In this document: positions 30,450 through 39,635 of the stretch, piece after piece
Numbering within the stretch: the first letter of the stretch is position 1
Layout: every line of letters starts with the position of its first letter
Made by a program: the position numbers and the translations under genes
NCBI GenBank assembly: GCA_007125155.1
Contig: SLDR01000010.1
Location: 24,490-88,489 of the forward strand
Source: Candidatus Campbellbacteria bacterium
GTDB taxonomy: Bacteria; Patescibacteriota; Minisyncoccia; Phycocordibacterales; CSBR16-193
Reading direction: 5' to 3'
DNA: 64,000 nt
Notes under the pieces: model-generated
The model's input: the letters and a program-made list of their open reading frames with translations, nothing else
What the model was told of the DNA's origin: nothing
The model's database searches: none

Positions 30450-33353
30450 TCACAATACGATGTTGATTATTCGGTTGGGAACATAAATGATTTTATTAAT
30501 TCTCTTATTTCCGCACCATTTTGAAAATACGGATGTCCTTTCCAGCTCCTTTATCGCTTCCTCCTTCGATGAATCCCTTGCTATCTCCATCTCGCCTCTT
30601 TTTTTGCCATTGATCTGTATCGCCACCTTTGTGCTCTCGTCCAAGGTCTTTTCGGGGTCATATGCGGGCCACTTGGATCTATGGATCGACGTCCTTTGAC
30701 CGAGGCCTTCCCAAAGCTCATCGGCAATATGCGGAGCGAAAGGAGCAAGCAAGGTAAGAATATCCCTCAGGTCTTTTTTTGATATTTTTTCTTTCGAATC
30801 CATGTGTTTTACAAGTATCATCAAAGAGGACACGGCCGTGTTGAACGAGAAGGACGATATGTCGTCCCCCACCTTCTTGATGGTCTTGTGTATGATGGAT
30901 TCCGTATCCCTATCCCTTATTTGGGAGGGGGATACCTTACCGGGAAGACGCCAGACCCGCTCCAGGAATCTGCGTGTCCCCATCAACCCGTTGATGCTCC
31001 ATGACACCTCTCCTTCAAAGGGCCCCATGAACATTTCATATAGACGCATAGAGTCGGCCCCGACATCGTTCACGACCTTATCCGGACTTATGACGTTGCC
31101 CCACCTCTTGCTCATTTTTCTTCCATCCGGACCGAGGATCAATCCCTGGTTCCTCAGTGCCTTAAAGGGCTCCTTCGTGGTTACGACCCCTTCTTTGTAC
31201 AGGAATTTATGCCAGAATCGAGAGTATATGAGGTGGCGTGTGGCGTGTTCTATCCCACCGACGTATAGATCCACCGGCATCCAATATTTTTCCTTATTGG
31301 GATGAACGGGGTATTTTTTGTTCTTGGGATCGATGTAACGAAGATAGTACCAGCATGATCCCGCCCATTGAGGCATGGTATTGGTTTCTCGTTTTGCGTT
31401 CTCATTACATTTGGGACATTTAGTTTTCACCCACGAGGTTATGTTGGCAAGGGGCGATTCCCCCGTTCCCGTGGGTTCATATGACCTTACTTCCGGAAGC
31501 CTGATCGGCAGTTCGTCTTCCGGGACCGGTACCACTCCGCATTTTTTGCAATGTATAAGAGGAATCGGTTCACCCCAGTATCTCTGTCTTGAAAAAACCC
31601 AGTCTTTAAGTTTGTACTTGGTCCTTATTTTTCCCCCGACTTTGTTATTGATGGACCTCTTGGCCACTTCGTTATCCATGCCCGAGAACTCGCCTGAATT
31701 ATCCAAGACCCCGGAGCCGGTGTATGCCATGTTGTCCCCTTTTTTCAGCCATTCAGTCCATATGTCCAGCTCGGCACATGTCATCAAATCAACCGTTTCA
31801 TCGAGTTTACCCCACATAATTTCATGTTTTTCATTTTCCTCCGGTGCGATCTTTTTACGCTTGTGGCTCTTTAGTTCAAGGTGGACCGCAGTAGTTAATG
31901 CTTTTCTGTTCTCATTCTTATGAGCCGCATAGTAGTGTGCCTCCACATAAAAAGGGGTGATTTTTTTGAATCCAAGATCAAAGTATCCTGTCTCCTCTTC
32001 CACTTCTCGCTTTGCCGCTTCGATAATGTCTTCATTTTCTCCCACTCCTCCGACAACAAATGTTATCCATTTGTGTTTCTTCCATCTCAAGAAAAGTGTC
32101 TTTCCCGAATCGGGGTCAGTGACTATGACATGGACCGTCTTTCTTTCGATCGTTCTTTTCTTCTCTTTGGGCGGATTACGTTCATCGATCCTTTTCGGAA
32201 AGACCACATATCGTATCGGGAGGTCCTTTTCTTTTGCGAAAGCATGATCTCGATCATCATGAGCGGGTACCGCCATGATGGCTCCCGTGCCGTAGTGCAT
32301 CATCACGTAATCGGCAACCCAAACCGGTATACTCTCGCCGTTGGCGGGATTCTTGGCCAATATGCCTTTGACCTCCACCCCTGTTTTCTTTTTTTCCTCG
32401 GTCGTTCTTTGCAGTTCGGTCTTCTTTGTCGCTTTTTTGATGTAGTTCCTGACTGCGGTCTTATTATCTATCGATGACCACATTTCTCCTATTATGGGAT
32501 GCTCGGGGGCGACCACCAGGTATGTTGCACCGAAGAGAGTATCGGGTCTTGTGGTAAATACCGATATGGAATACTCGGTATTATTTTCCGGAGCCGTTTT
32601 AGATCTTTCTCCGACCGGAGTCAGAAGAAAATCGATCTCGGATCCCTTACTTTTTCCTATCCAGTTCCTTTGTGAATCCTTTACGGATTCGGGCCAGTCG
32701 GAAAGACCATCGAGGTCATTCAATAACTCTTCGGCGTAGTCGGTTATCCTCAATACCCATTGGCGAAAAGGTCTCTGTTCGACCTCTGAACCACACCTTT
32801 CACAAAGACCTCCCTCAAGGTCCTCGTTTGCCAGACCCGTCTTGCAAGAAGGACACCAGTTTATGGGTTCATGTGATTCATATGCCAGACCGGCTTTGAA
32901 TATCCGTAAAAATATCCACTGCGTCCATTTATAATACTCGGGATCGGTCGTATTTATCTCTCTATCCCAGTCATAGGAGAGCCCCAGCTTCGATAGCTGT
33001 TTTCTGTAACGCCCAACATTCTTTTTAACCGCGGTTTTGGGATGTATCTTATTTTTAATGGCGAAGTTCTCGGCTGGCAGACCAAATGCGTCCCAACCCA
33101 TGGGGTGGAGTACATTGAACCCCTTCATCCTAAGATATCTGGAGTAGATGTCGGTTGCAATATAACCGCGAGGGTGGCCGACATGTATCCCTTCTCCCGA
33201 TGGATAAGGAAACATATCCAGAATATATTTTTTCTCTTTTCCTCCGGTGTGTTTTACGCGATAGAGTTTGTCTTTTTCCCAGCGTTTCTGCCATTTCCTT
33301 TCGATTCTGTTGTGGTCGTACTTTTTCATGGATCTCTGCTTTCGCTCTGTCAT
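30450..33353 (-). CDS. leuS: Leucine--tRNA ligase carrying an internal Nudix-hydrolase-like domain insertion
   Basis: HIGH-type HVGHPRGY, editing-region TTRPDT, and KMSKRWGN. Residues about 385-540 insert RWKKHKWITFVVGGVGENEDIIEAAKREVEEETGY, an exact match to the Nudix box Gx5Ex7REUxEExGU, at the position of the leucyl-specific domain. Confidence 0.9.
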   Translation of the reverse strand: MTERKQRSMKKYDHNRIERKWQKRWEKDKLYRVKHTGGKEKKYILDMFPYPSGEGIHVGHPRGYIATDIYSRYLRMKGFNVLHPMGWDAFGLPAENFAIKNKIHPKTAVKKNVGRYRKQLSKLGLSYDWDREINTTDPEYYKWTQWIFLRIFKAGLAYESHEPINWCPSCKTGLANEDLEGGLCERCGSEVEQRPFRQWVLRITDYAEELLNDLDGLSDWPESVKDSQRNWIGKSKGSEIDFLLTPVGERSKTAPENNTEYSISVFTTRPDTLFGATYLVVAPEHPIIGEMWSSIDNKTAVRNYIKKATKKTELQRTTEEKKKTGVEVKGILAKNPANGESIPVWVADYVMMHYGTGAIMAVPAHDDRDHAFAKEKDLPIRYVVFPKRIDERNPPKEKKRTIERKTVHVIVTDPDSGKTLFLRWKKHKWITFVVGGVGENEDIIEAAKREVEEETGYFDLGFKKITPFYVEAHYYAAHKNENRKALTTAVHLELKSHKRKKIAPEENEKHEIMWGKLDETVDLMTCAELDIWTEWLKKGDNMAYTGSGVLDNSGEFSGMDNEVAKRSINNKVGGKIRTKYKLKDWVFSRQRYWGEPIPLIHCKKCGVVPVPEDELPIRLPEVRSYEPTGTGESPLANITSWVKTKCPKCNENAKRETNTMPQWAGSCWYYLRYIDPKNKKYPVHPNKEKYWMPVDLYVGGIEHATRHLIYSRFWHKFLYKEGVVTTKEPFKALRNQGLILGPDGRKMSKRWGNVISPDKVVNDVGADSMRLYEMFMGPFEGEVSWSINGLMGTRRFLERVWRLPGKVSPSQIRDRDTESIIHKTIKKVGDDISSFSFNTAVSSLMILVKHMDSKEKISKKDLRDILTLLAPFAPHIADELWEGLGQRTSIHRSKWPAYDPEKTLDESTKVAIQINGKKRGEMEIARDSSKEEAIKELERTSVFSKWCGNKRINKIIYVPNRIINIVL

Positions 33354-33592
33354 TTATGTTAAACACTATACATCAATAAAGGACCTATTGGCAAACCCGG
33401 TCATTTTCACGATCATCCCGAATGTGCCACACCGGCAACGTTGCGTGTTCATTGTCGGTCAAGTTCGTTGTAGGACCTTGCTTTCGGACATTTAAGATGC
33501 GTACCGCCGTCTCCATTTTTTAGGGTCCCTTCCAGTCTGATGCACGGATCAGATGCCGGTGGACCGTTCTGAACCGCCAGGATCCCAAGGGG

Positions 33593-33621
33593 TTGACTAG
33601 AAGATATTATTATTATATATT
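33593..33621 (+). promoter_or_regulatory. Sigma70-like promoter (TTGACT, 17-nt spacer, TATATT)
   Basis: Consensus -35 and an AT-rich -10 lying 120 nt upstream of the CDS starting at 33744. Confidence 0.4.
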
Positions 33622-33743
33622 TGCCTCATGAATATGTGTACTTTGAGAGTTACTTCCCGTCCATAGAAGGGAGTCGACGGTCACTTAAGTGGCGCTGGAA
33701 AATTTTTAAATGAAAGAAGAAGAAAGAGAAGGAGGTTAACAAT

Positions 33744-34349
33744 ATGGAAAGCAATGACCTGAGAGTTGTCAGAGCGGATAGTATGGATCTTTTCAAAAAA
33801 TCGGTGGCTTTACAAAAGTCGGTCTATTGTAATGAAAGGAGGTATGAGGACCCAAATGATCACATGGATCCTTATGCTTTTGATGATTATGATAGAGAGA
33901 GGCAAACCAGAAGAATTTTAATTATGGGTAAGGATGATATCCCTTTGGCTACGGCCAGGGTGATCATTCCCGGAAGTTTGAAGCTACCCGCATTTTCCTT
34001 GCAACCACAGATAGAGGAAAGTCTTTCGGATAAGATGCCGGTGGTTGAGTGTTCCGCCTTTTGTGCGTCGAGATCCGCATGCAAAGAAGCCGGGGTGTCC
34101 CAGAAAACGAGGAGAAAGATACTGCTGATGTTGATCGATTCCCTTTGTGGTTTGGCTGAGGAGATTGGTCTGGATCATTCGGTGATGACATTGGAGAAGG
34201 TGCTCTATGTTTATCTCCAAAGGTGCGGATTCAAACTGAAGGCCGAAGGTCAACCTGTTTATTATTTCGGCTGGCGTATCACCTGTTGGGGATCTAGAGA
34301 AGACATGGTATTTGGTGTAAAGAATGCTTCTTTGAGTAAGACTAATTGA
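33744..34349 (+). CDS. GNAT-fold N-acyltransferase, N-acyl amino acid synthase / LuxI-like
   Basis: Strong GAAGGAGGT RBS. The N-terminus LRVVRADSMDLFKKSVALQKSVYCNERRYE...DDYD...RRILIMGKDDIPLATARVI follows the N-acyl amino acid synthase/autoinducer synthase pattern (F.V..A.s.eel.....LRy.VFc.E.g...). Confidence 0.5.
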   Translation: MESNDLRVVRADSMDLFKKSVALQKSVYCNERRYEDPNDHMDPYAFDDYDRERQTRRILIMGKDDIPLATARVIIPGSLKLPAFSLQPQIEESLSDKMPVVECSAFCASRSACKEAGVSQKTRRKILLMLIDSLCGLAEEIGLDHSVMTLEKVLYVYLQRCGFKLKAEGQPVYYFGWRITCWGSREDMVFGVKNASLSKTN

Positions 34350-34368
34350 ACGGGTAAGTAACAATTAA

Positions 34369-34400
34369 AAGGCGTCCTTTTTACAAAGGGCGCTTTTATT
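34369..34400. terminator. Bidirectional terminator
   Basis: GCGTCC/GGGCGC stem with a 10-nt loop, followed by TTTTATTTTT. It lies between convergent genes. Confidence 0.5.
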
Positions 34401-34401
34401 T

Positions 34402-35100
34402 TTATAATGGTTTGACCCAATTCTCTCTTCCGGAGTAATAGCCACACTTTTCACAGTCGGAATTATATCCCAAAAAAGGCTCGTTCAGGAGTTCAACGAT
34501 ATCGGAGAGGGTTTTTTCCATGTCGATAGAACCTATGTCAACTCTGTCTACAAGACCTTCAAACTCTATTTTTATTTCCGGGTTACTTTTATCCTTTGGA
34601 AAGTAATGTAAAAGATACGCTCTGTCAGACACTTTATGTCCGGCTTTTCTAAACATGAATCCATAGCCGGCAAGTTGGTCGCGATAGTACTTTTGTTTGT
34701 CCTCTTTTGGCGGATTACCGGATGACTTGTAATCGGCCGGGATCAGTCGACCGTCATCTTCCATTAGGACATCATCGATCTTTCCTTGAAAGACGTAACC
34801 CCACTTCTCATTGATCACTCTCAATGGCGCCATGTTTTCCCTCCAATTATTCAAAAGATCAAGATCTTCAAATACTTTTATCTTCTCTTTTATGAGCCGG
34901 GAGGCCTCCGGCGGAAATGTACCTTTTAAACGATAACTGTCATATCTGCTCTTCAATATTTCGTCCATGGCCGAGTTGAGAAGAAGCGGAAGCATCGGCG
35001 CTCTCCTGTAGTGATTATCGACCCAGAAGCAGGCCGGACATTCTCTGAATCCATACAATCCACTCGGGCTCAACCTCCAAAGTCCTTCTTTGGTTCTCAT
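34402..35100 (-). CDS. PD-(D/E)xK family nuclease, Cas4/RecB-like fold (putative)
   Basis: N-terminal Cys pair (CPACFW) and C-terminal CEKCGY, plus an internal DYK motif, resemble Cas4/DUF83-type nucleases with Fe-S or Zn ligands. The assignment rests on motifs only. Confidence 0.4.
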   Translation of the reverse strand: MRTKEGLWRLSPSGLYGFRECPACFWVDNHYRRAPMLPLLLNSAMDEILKSRYDSYRLKGTFPPEASRLIKEKIKVFEDLDLLNNWRENMAPLRVINEKWGYVFQGKIDDVLMEDDGRLIPADYKSSGNPPKEDKQKYYRDQLAGYGFMFRKAGHKVSDRAYLLHYFPKDKSNPEIKIEFEGLVDRVDIGSIDMEKTLSDIVELLNEPFLGYNSDCEKCGYYSGRENWVKPL

Positions 35101-35438
35101 ATTGATATCAGGTTAACATTTTTTAACTGACATCCGAAGGGCCGCTGTTTTAACGGGTCTTATCTTCATGTCTATTCATTGTTTTTGTCTCCGCCATGGT
35201 CTCCAAACCAAAGGTCGTTATGACAGCTTGTTTCCGAATAGCCTCACCATCATTTTTCATTTAGTTTATCTCATTTCTTTTCAGTCAATCAATTTCCGAT
35301 ATCTCTATAACATCAGGGCCGACCCTATGAACCGAACTGTTTCTTTCATGTATCCGGTTTACGGGTACGGTTTGACCACGTTAAATTCTCGTAGAAGATG
35401 CCCCTAAAGACAAAAAATGATCGTGTAGCGGGCGATCT

Positions 35439-35960
35439 CTAGATGTTCCGTGGATCATATGCCCAATGAAGAATGGTTTGTCGTTGTTTGGGCCGACAGG
35501 AAAGATCGCCCGGGGTGCAGTTCTTTGCCAGCTGAGCGATATGTCTTCTGATCTGTTTCCATCTTCTGATCTGCCTCTCATCCTCGTCTTTCAGACGTCG
35601 TCCGCGGTAATATCTACAGTACCACTGGAACCAACCCCGAGGATCATACTTTTCGTTTATCCAACCTTTTTTCCTCCAGTAGGAAAGCGATTTGCCGGCA
35701 TTTACCTTGAAATAGTTAAGTTTAGGGTCATGTCTGTCGGAACAGAGCTTGGCCTCCGTGAACCAGTCTCTCGGAAACTCAGCTTTACAATCGGTCATAT
35801 ACTTACCACCGAAAACCCCCATTTTTAGCATTTCTTTGGGCGTCAGATCCGGGTCGAATTCCGGATCGAAATTTTTACCTTCCGGCTCCGTAAGATCATA
35901 GGAATGATCCGTCTGCATGAGGTCGTTTACCACTATCCTTAAAGGTCTTTTTTTATGCAT
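35439..35960 (-). CDS. Hypothetical protein (173 aa; W/Y/R-rich, GVFGGKY motif)
   Basis: ORF overlapping the upstream membrane-protein gene by 8 nt, which suggests an operon. No family recognised. Confidence 0.5.
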   Translation of the reverse strand: MHKKRPLRIVVNDLMQTDHSYDLTEPEGKNFDPEFDPDLTPKEMLKMGVFGGKYMTDCKAEFPRDWFTEAKLCSDRHDPKLNYFKVNAGKSLSYWRKKGWINEKYDPRGWFQWYCRYYRGRRLKDEDERQIRRWKQIRRHIAQLAKNCTPGDLSCRPKQRQTILHWAYDPRNI

Positions 35961-36399
35961 AGTGGAGTATGTAGTGGATCAAAAGTCCTAGTGATCCCCA
36001 CCAGCCGATAAAGGAGATAATAAAGCTCAGCGAGATAGATCTTTGCATTTTTTCGTCTAAAAGTTCACGCGCTCTCCCATCCTTCTCTCGTTCTATGAGT
36101 ATGGGGCTTATATGTAGCGATAGATAAAGACCGTTGGCCAGCAGTATCGGGATCATTGTCGCGTGTATCGCGGTTATCCAGTTTACGGGATTTTGAGTGT
36201 AGAAGATGATCCCTCCCAAAACCGCCAGGAACATACCGGTCCATATAAGAGGCTTGGTGACTTTGTGTGTTCTAATGGTGGCTTCCGTCCAATAACTCGA
36301 TCTTCGTCCCAGAAGGCCGTGAAGATCTATTACCGTTACGGCTCCGAGTCCGATGATAAAACCCGATATAAAAATAAATAGTCCAATAAATTCAAACAT
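35953..36399 (-). CDS. Hypothetical integral membrane protein (4 TM)
   Basis: Four hydrophobic helices. ORF only. Confidence 0.5.
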   Translation of the reverse strand: MFEFIGLFIFISGFIIGLGAVTVIDLHGLLGRRSSYWTEATIRTHKVTKPLIWTGMFLAVLGGIIFYTQNPVNWITAIHATMIPILLANGLYLSLHISPILIEREKDGRARELLDEKMQRSISLSFIISFIGWWGSLGLLIHYILHYA

Positions 36400-36406
36400 T
36401 TTAATT

Positions 36407-36631
36407 TTATTGATCTTTTAGATCTTTCTCAATGTCCGCCTTTATTTCCTCAAACTCATTCTCGATCTCTTTTAGCCGAGCCGAACTTCTCTTGGTCAAG
36501 GTGGCCGCTTCTTTTACCTTTTTAAGACCTTCTTCCACATCTATTTCATTTTGATTTTCGAACCATTCGGCTATTTCCGAAAGCTTGTTAAGGTCTTTGC
36601 TCAGACCGGACCTTTGATCTTTTTTTGGCAT
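36407..36631 (-). CDS. xseB: Exodeoxyribonuclease VII small subunit
   Basis: 74-aa helical protein, LSEIAEWFENQNEIDVEEGLKKVKEAATLTKRSSARLKE. Located immediately downstream of xseA. Confidence 0.8.
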   Translation of the reverse strand: MPKKDQRSGLSKDLNKLSEIAEWFENQNEIDVEEGLKKVKEAATLTKRSSARLKEIENEFEEIKADIEKDLKDQ

Positions 36632-36635
36632 ATCT

Positions 36636-37946
36636 TTATTTTATTTCTTTTATCTCTGATATTATATCACCATCTGAGAGCATTACATCCATCCTCTCCC
36701 CTCTCTTCAATCCCGACTTGCTCTTTATGATCCGGCCTCTAACTCGAGCTATGGCATACCCCAGTTTAAGTTGCCTTTCCGGGTTATTGGCGGAAACTAT
36801 TCTGTTCAGATCTTTATTTTTATTCAAGCACATGCGCAATGCCCTTGAATAACAGTCGGTGATCATCTTAGAATTTTCCGAAACTTTTAATAGACCTTCT
36901 TTTACGGCATTGACCATCTTCGCTCCGGTTTGGTCTTTTTTGATAATGATCTCTTCCCTCAGCTCAAAAAGTCGCCTTTCTATCAGATTGAGTGCTTGAA
37001 TTATCCTTGCCTTGTTTCTGTTGTTTTTTTCTATCATTGCAGTCAGGACACCCTTGCTTCTTGTAAAGGTTCGATTGATGAGGTCGGATCTTTCTCTGAT
37101 CCCGTTCTCGTACCCTTCCAATACTTTTCTCGCCGATCCCTCCAGCGTGTGCCGGGCCTCATTCCAAGGTTCGTTCAAAATGGAAGCAACCAACGATGGC
37201 GTTGATCTGGCCATATCGGCCGCCATGGATGCCAACGGAACATCCATATGGTGACCCACACCGGCTATTACCGGCTTTGGAAATGAAACTATTTCCCGAA
37301 CCAGCGCCTCATTATCGAATCCCGCAAGTGACTGCATGGATCCACCGCCTCTCATTATGACCAAAATATCGACATCTTCGATCTTGAATCGTCTGACCGC
37401 AAGAGTTAACGACGGTCCTGAACCCGGGCCTTCAACCGGACAGTGAAGTACCTTTATTTTGAATCCGGATCTTCTCAGATTATTGGTGAAGTCATGAATG
37501 ACCTCACCTCTTGTAGAAGTAATTATTCCTATTCGTTGAGGAAAGTCCGGGATGGCTCTTTTTCTTGATCCTTCGAACAAGCCCTCTTCAGAGAGTTTCT
37601 TCTTAAGCTTCTCGTAGGCGATCTTGAGTTGACCTTCACCGACAAGTTCGACCGTCTTAGCATGGAAAGATAATCTTCCGAAGGGGCCGTAGAATTCCGG
37701 ATAGCCTTTGACCAGAACCTCCATTCCGACCTCAAGTTCCAGTCCGCTCAACACATAGTCGCTTCCCCAAATCGTACACGGCAGTATATCACCGGTCTCC
37801 TTATCCTTAAGGACCGGATAGACATGTCCCTTTACGGACATTTTAAGCTCGCTTATCTCCCCTACAACATTAAGACCGGGCGTATTAATGCGCGAGTTTA
37901 GAAAGGATATGAATTCGGTTACGGTGTAGTATTCATTCTCCATCAT
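36636..37946 (-). CDS. xseA: Exodeoxyribonuclease VII large subunit
   Basis: N-terminal OB fold and a catalytic domain with VIMRGGGS and GVGHHMD motifs. Confidence 0.9.
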   Translation of the reverse strand: MMENEYYTVTEFISFLNSRINTPGLNVVGEISELKMSVKGHVYPVLKDKETGDILPCTIWGSDYVLSGLELEVGMEVLVKGYPEFYGPFGRLSFHAKTVELVGEGQLKIAYEKLKKKLSEEGLFEGSRKRAIPDFPQRIGIITSTRGEVIHDFTNNLRRSGFKIKVLHCPVEGPGSGPSLTLAVRRFKIEDVDILVIMRGGGSMQSLAGFDNEALVREIVSFPKPVIAGVGHHMDVPLASMAADMARSTPSLVASILNEPWNEARHTLEGSARKVLEGYENGIRERSDLINRTFTRSKGVLTAMIEKNNRNKARIIQALNLIERRLFELREEIIIKKDQTGAKMVNAVKEGLLKVSENSKMITDCYSRALRMCLNKNKDLNRIVSANNPERQLKLGYAIARVRGRIIKSKSGLKRGERMDVMLSDGDIISEIKEIK

Positions 37947-37965
37947 TTTTGATGACCATCTATAT

Positions 37966-38400
37966 TCATACTTCCTTTATCTCGAATTCATCCTCGCTAC
38001 CTTCTTTGAGGTATGCAAAATAAGTCTTCACCTCCACTTCGGAAAAGTTATCCATGACAATATCTCCGGCTTCCTTGAGATCTCGTATGTGCTGTTCCAA
38101 TTCGGACTCTTTGTCGGTAAAGTTCATTCCGGAGTAAGCACCGCAGTCTTGGTGATTAACAAGATATATGACCGAGCATTTATGTAGCTTTGCTGACACA
38201 TCCGAATCTCTAAGAAGGCAGTTTCGATAACCTTGTTCTTTCGGTCTTACAAGATCTTGTATCCCCCCTCCCCGAGTTATAAGGTCGCAGTCGATGTTCT
38301 GCTTTTTTATAAAATCGGCAATGTAGTTTCTGCCGTCCATTCTCTGATGGAGTCGAAAATCTTCACAAGTTATCACCGCTCCTTCGCATTTGTGTGACAT
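37966..38400 (-). CDS. Small protein with beta-carbonic-anhydrase-like metal-ligand motifs (CxDxR ... HxxC)
   Basis: ITCEDFRL (C-x-D-x-R) and VNHQDCGA (H-x-x-C). Only 144 aa, shorter than canonical beta-CA. Assignment is tentative. Confidence 0.35.
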   Translation of the reverse strand: MSHKCEGAVITCEDFRLHQRMDGRNYIADFIKKQNIDCDLITRGGGIQDLVRPKEQGYRNCLLRDSDVSAKLHKCSVIYLVNHQDCGAYSGMNFTDKESELEQHIRDLKEAGDIVMDNFSEVEVKTYFAYLKEGSEDEFEIKEV

Positions 38401-38460
38401 GGTATTATGTTTTACTAATTATAATTTTTATGGATAAAAATCCTATTTAACCTCTATATT

Positions 38461-38690
38461 GATCTCATTCGGAAGGCTTTTACCAAGTTCGACTGACTTA
38501 CCCTCTTCATCATTTTCCGAATGCCGGTTCTCCGTTACAGGCACCGTCAAACTCCTTCGAACACCTTATCTTTGGAGGTTGCAGCAGTACCCTTTCACTC
38601 TTGACCGATCAGTGAGTTCTTGTTCGCCGAACGGGATCGACATCTCACTGATCACACGCCGACACTTCCGGGAAGGTCAATTTGGTTCAA
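38461..38690. ncRNA. Structured intergenic element of unknown class (strand unresolved)
   Basis: Nested inverted repeats: CATTCGGAA...TTCCGAATG (38467..38526); GATCAGTGAG...CTCACTGATC (38608..38654); CTTCCGGGAAG palindrome (38665..38675). No ORF with an RBS. Lies between two minus-strand genes. Confidence 0.3.
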
Positions 38691-38693
38691 TTT

Positions 38694-39410
38694 TTATTCC
38701 AAAAACTTTAAGGTTTCAACTTCAACTCCTTCATCCTTTATCTTTCCTTTGATCTCAACCTTTGCTCCCACCTCAAATCTGTCCGAGTCGCAGATACCGG
38801 TTTCTCCTCCGGCGACGCAGGTGCTTTTATTCGTGAAAACAAGTGGTTCATTCAAAGCCGGCTCACCCGGTCTTTCATAGAGCAAGTGCCACACCCCATC
38901 GGGATACCCCGGATTATCCCGGGTTATGTTTCCGATCTCTCGGAATTCGCCTCCGATCCTTTTTTCAACCGAGTCGACCTTCCATTTTCCATCCTCCTTT
39001 ACCATATTGATGCTTTTGTACGCAGATCCTCCGGAATAATCCAGCTTCACTTTCAGAACTGCGGAATCATCACCTTCGAGCAGGACCTCTTCTATATCAA
39101 AACCTCGATCGGGAACATCTTGGACCCCGAAAAAAAGTGCGATATCTCTTTCTGGTGAGTCGTCACCGATCTCATTTAGGGCTTTGTTGGATAGTTTACT
39201 CATAACCCTTTCTTTGGCCTCAAGATCTTCCGACGGCGGAGCCATTGCGATAAAGTCGTTAACAAAAGAGGTGCCGGCCTCCCTGACAGCCAACTCTTCA
39301 GGCGATGCTTCCACCACATGATCCATATCTTCTCTTTCACCCAGGAATATGAAGATCAAAAGAAGGAACACGAAAAGTACCGCTGTGAACCATACGAAAT
39401 TTTTATTCAT
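38694..39410 (-). CDS. Hypothetical secreted or membrane-anchored protein (238 aa)
   Basis: N-terminal signal anchor (FVWFTAVLFVFLLLIFIFL). ORF only. Confidence 0.5.
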   Translation of the reverse strand: MNKNFVWFTAVLFVFLLLIFIFLGEREDMDHVVEASPEELAVREAGTSFVNDFIAMAPPSEDLEAKERVMSKLSNKALNEIGDDSPERDIALFFGVQDVPDRGFDIEEVLLEGDDSAVLKVKLDYSGGSAYKSINMVKEDGKWKVDSVEKRIGGEFREIGNITRDNPGYPDGVWHLLYERPGEPALNEPLVFTNKSTCVAGGETGICDSDRFEVGAKVEIKGKIKDEGVEVETLKFLE

Positions 39411-39532
39411 TTTTTAGTTATTATTAACTTTTAAATTATTTATTTTGACCTGTTGGTCTTTATGTAATCATGTAACGGTTCATTTATCAATAGAAGGTGA
39501 AAGACCTTACTTCAATAATGCCGGTAGGCAAT

Positions 39533-39561
39533 TTGACCATTTCCGTTATAAGTGGTATATA
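39533..39561 (+). promoter_or_regulatory. Sigma70-like promoter (TTGACC, 17-nt spacer, TGgTATATA extended -10)
   Basis: Near-consensus hexamers 75 nt upstream of the CDS at 39636. Confidence 0.5.
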
Positions 39562-39635
39562 TTCAAAAGTGATCTGAATGTGTATTAAAAATACGTTTAT
39601 CCGTTCTTTAACAAACAAAGACCAAGGAGGTTATC

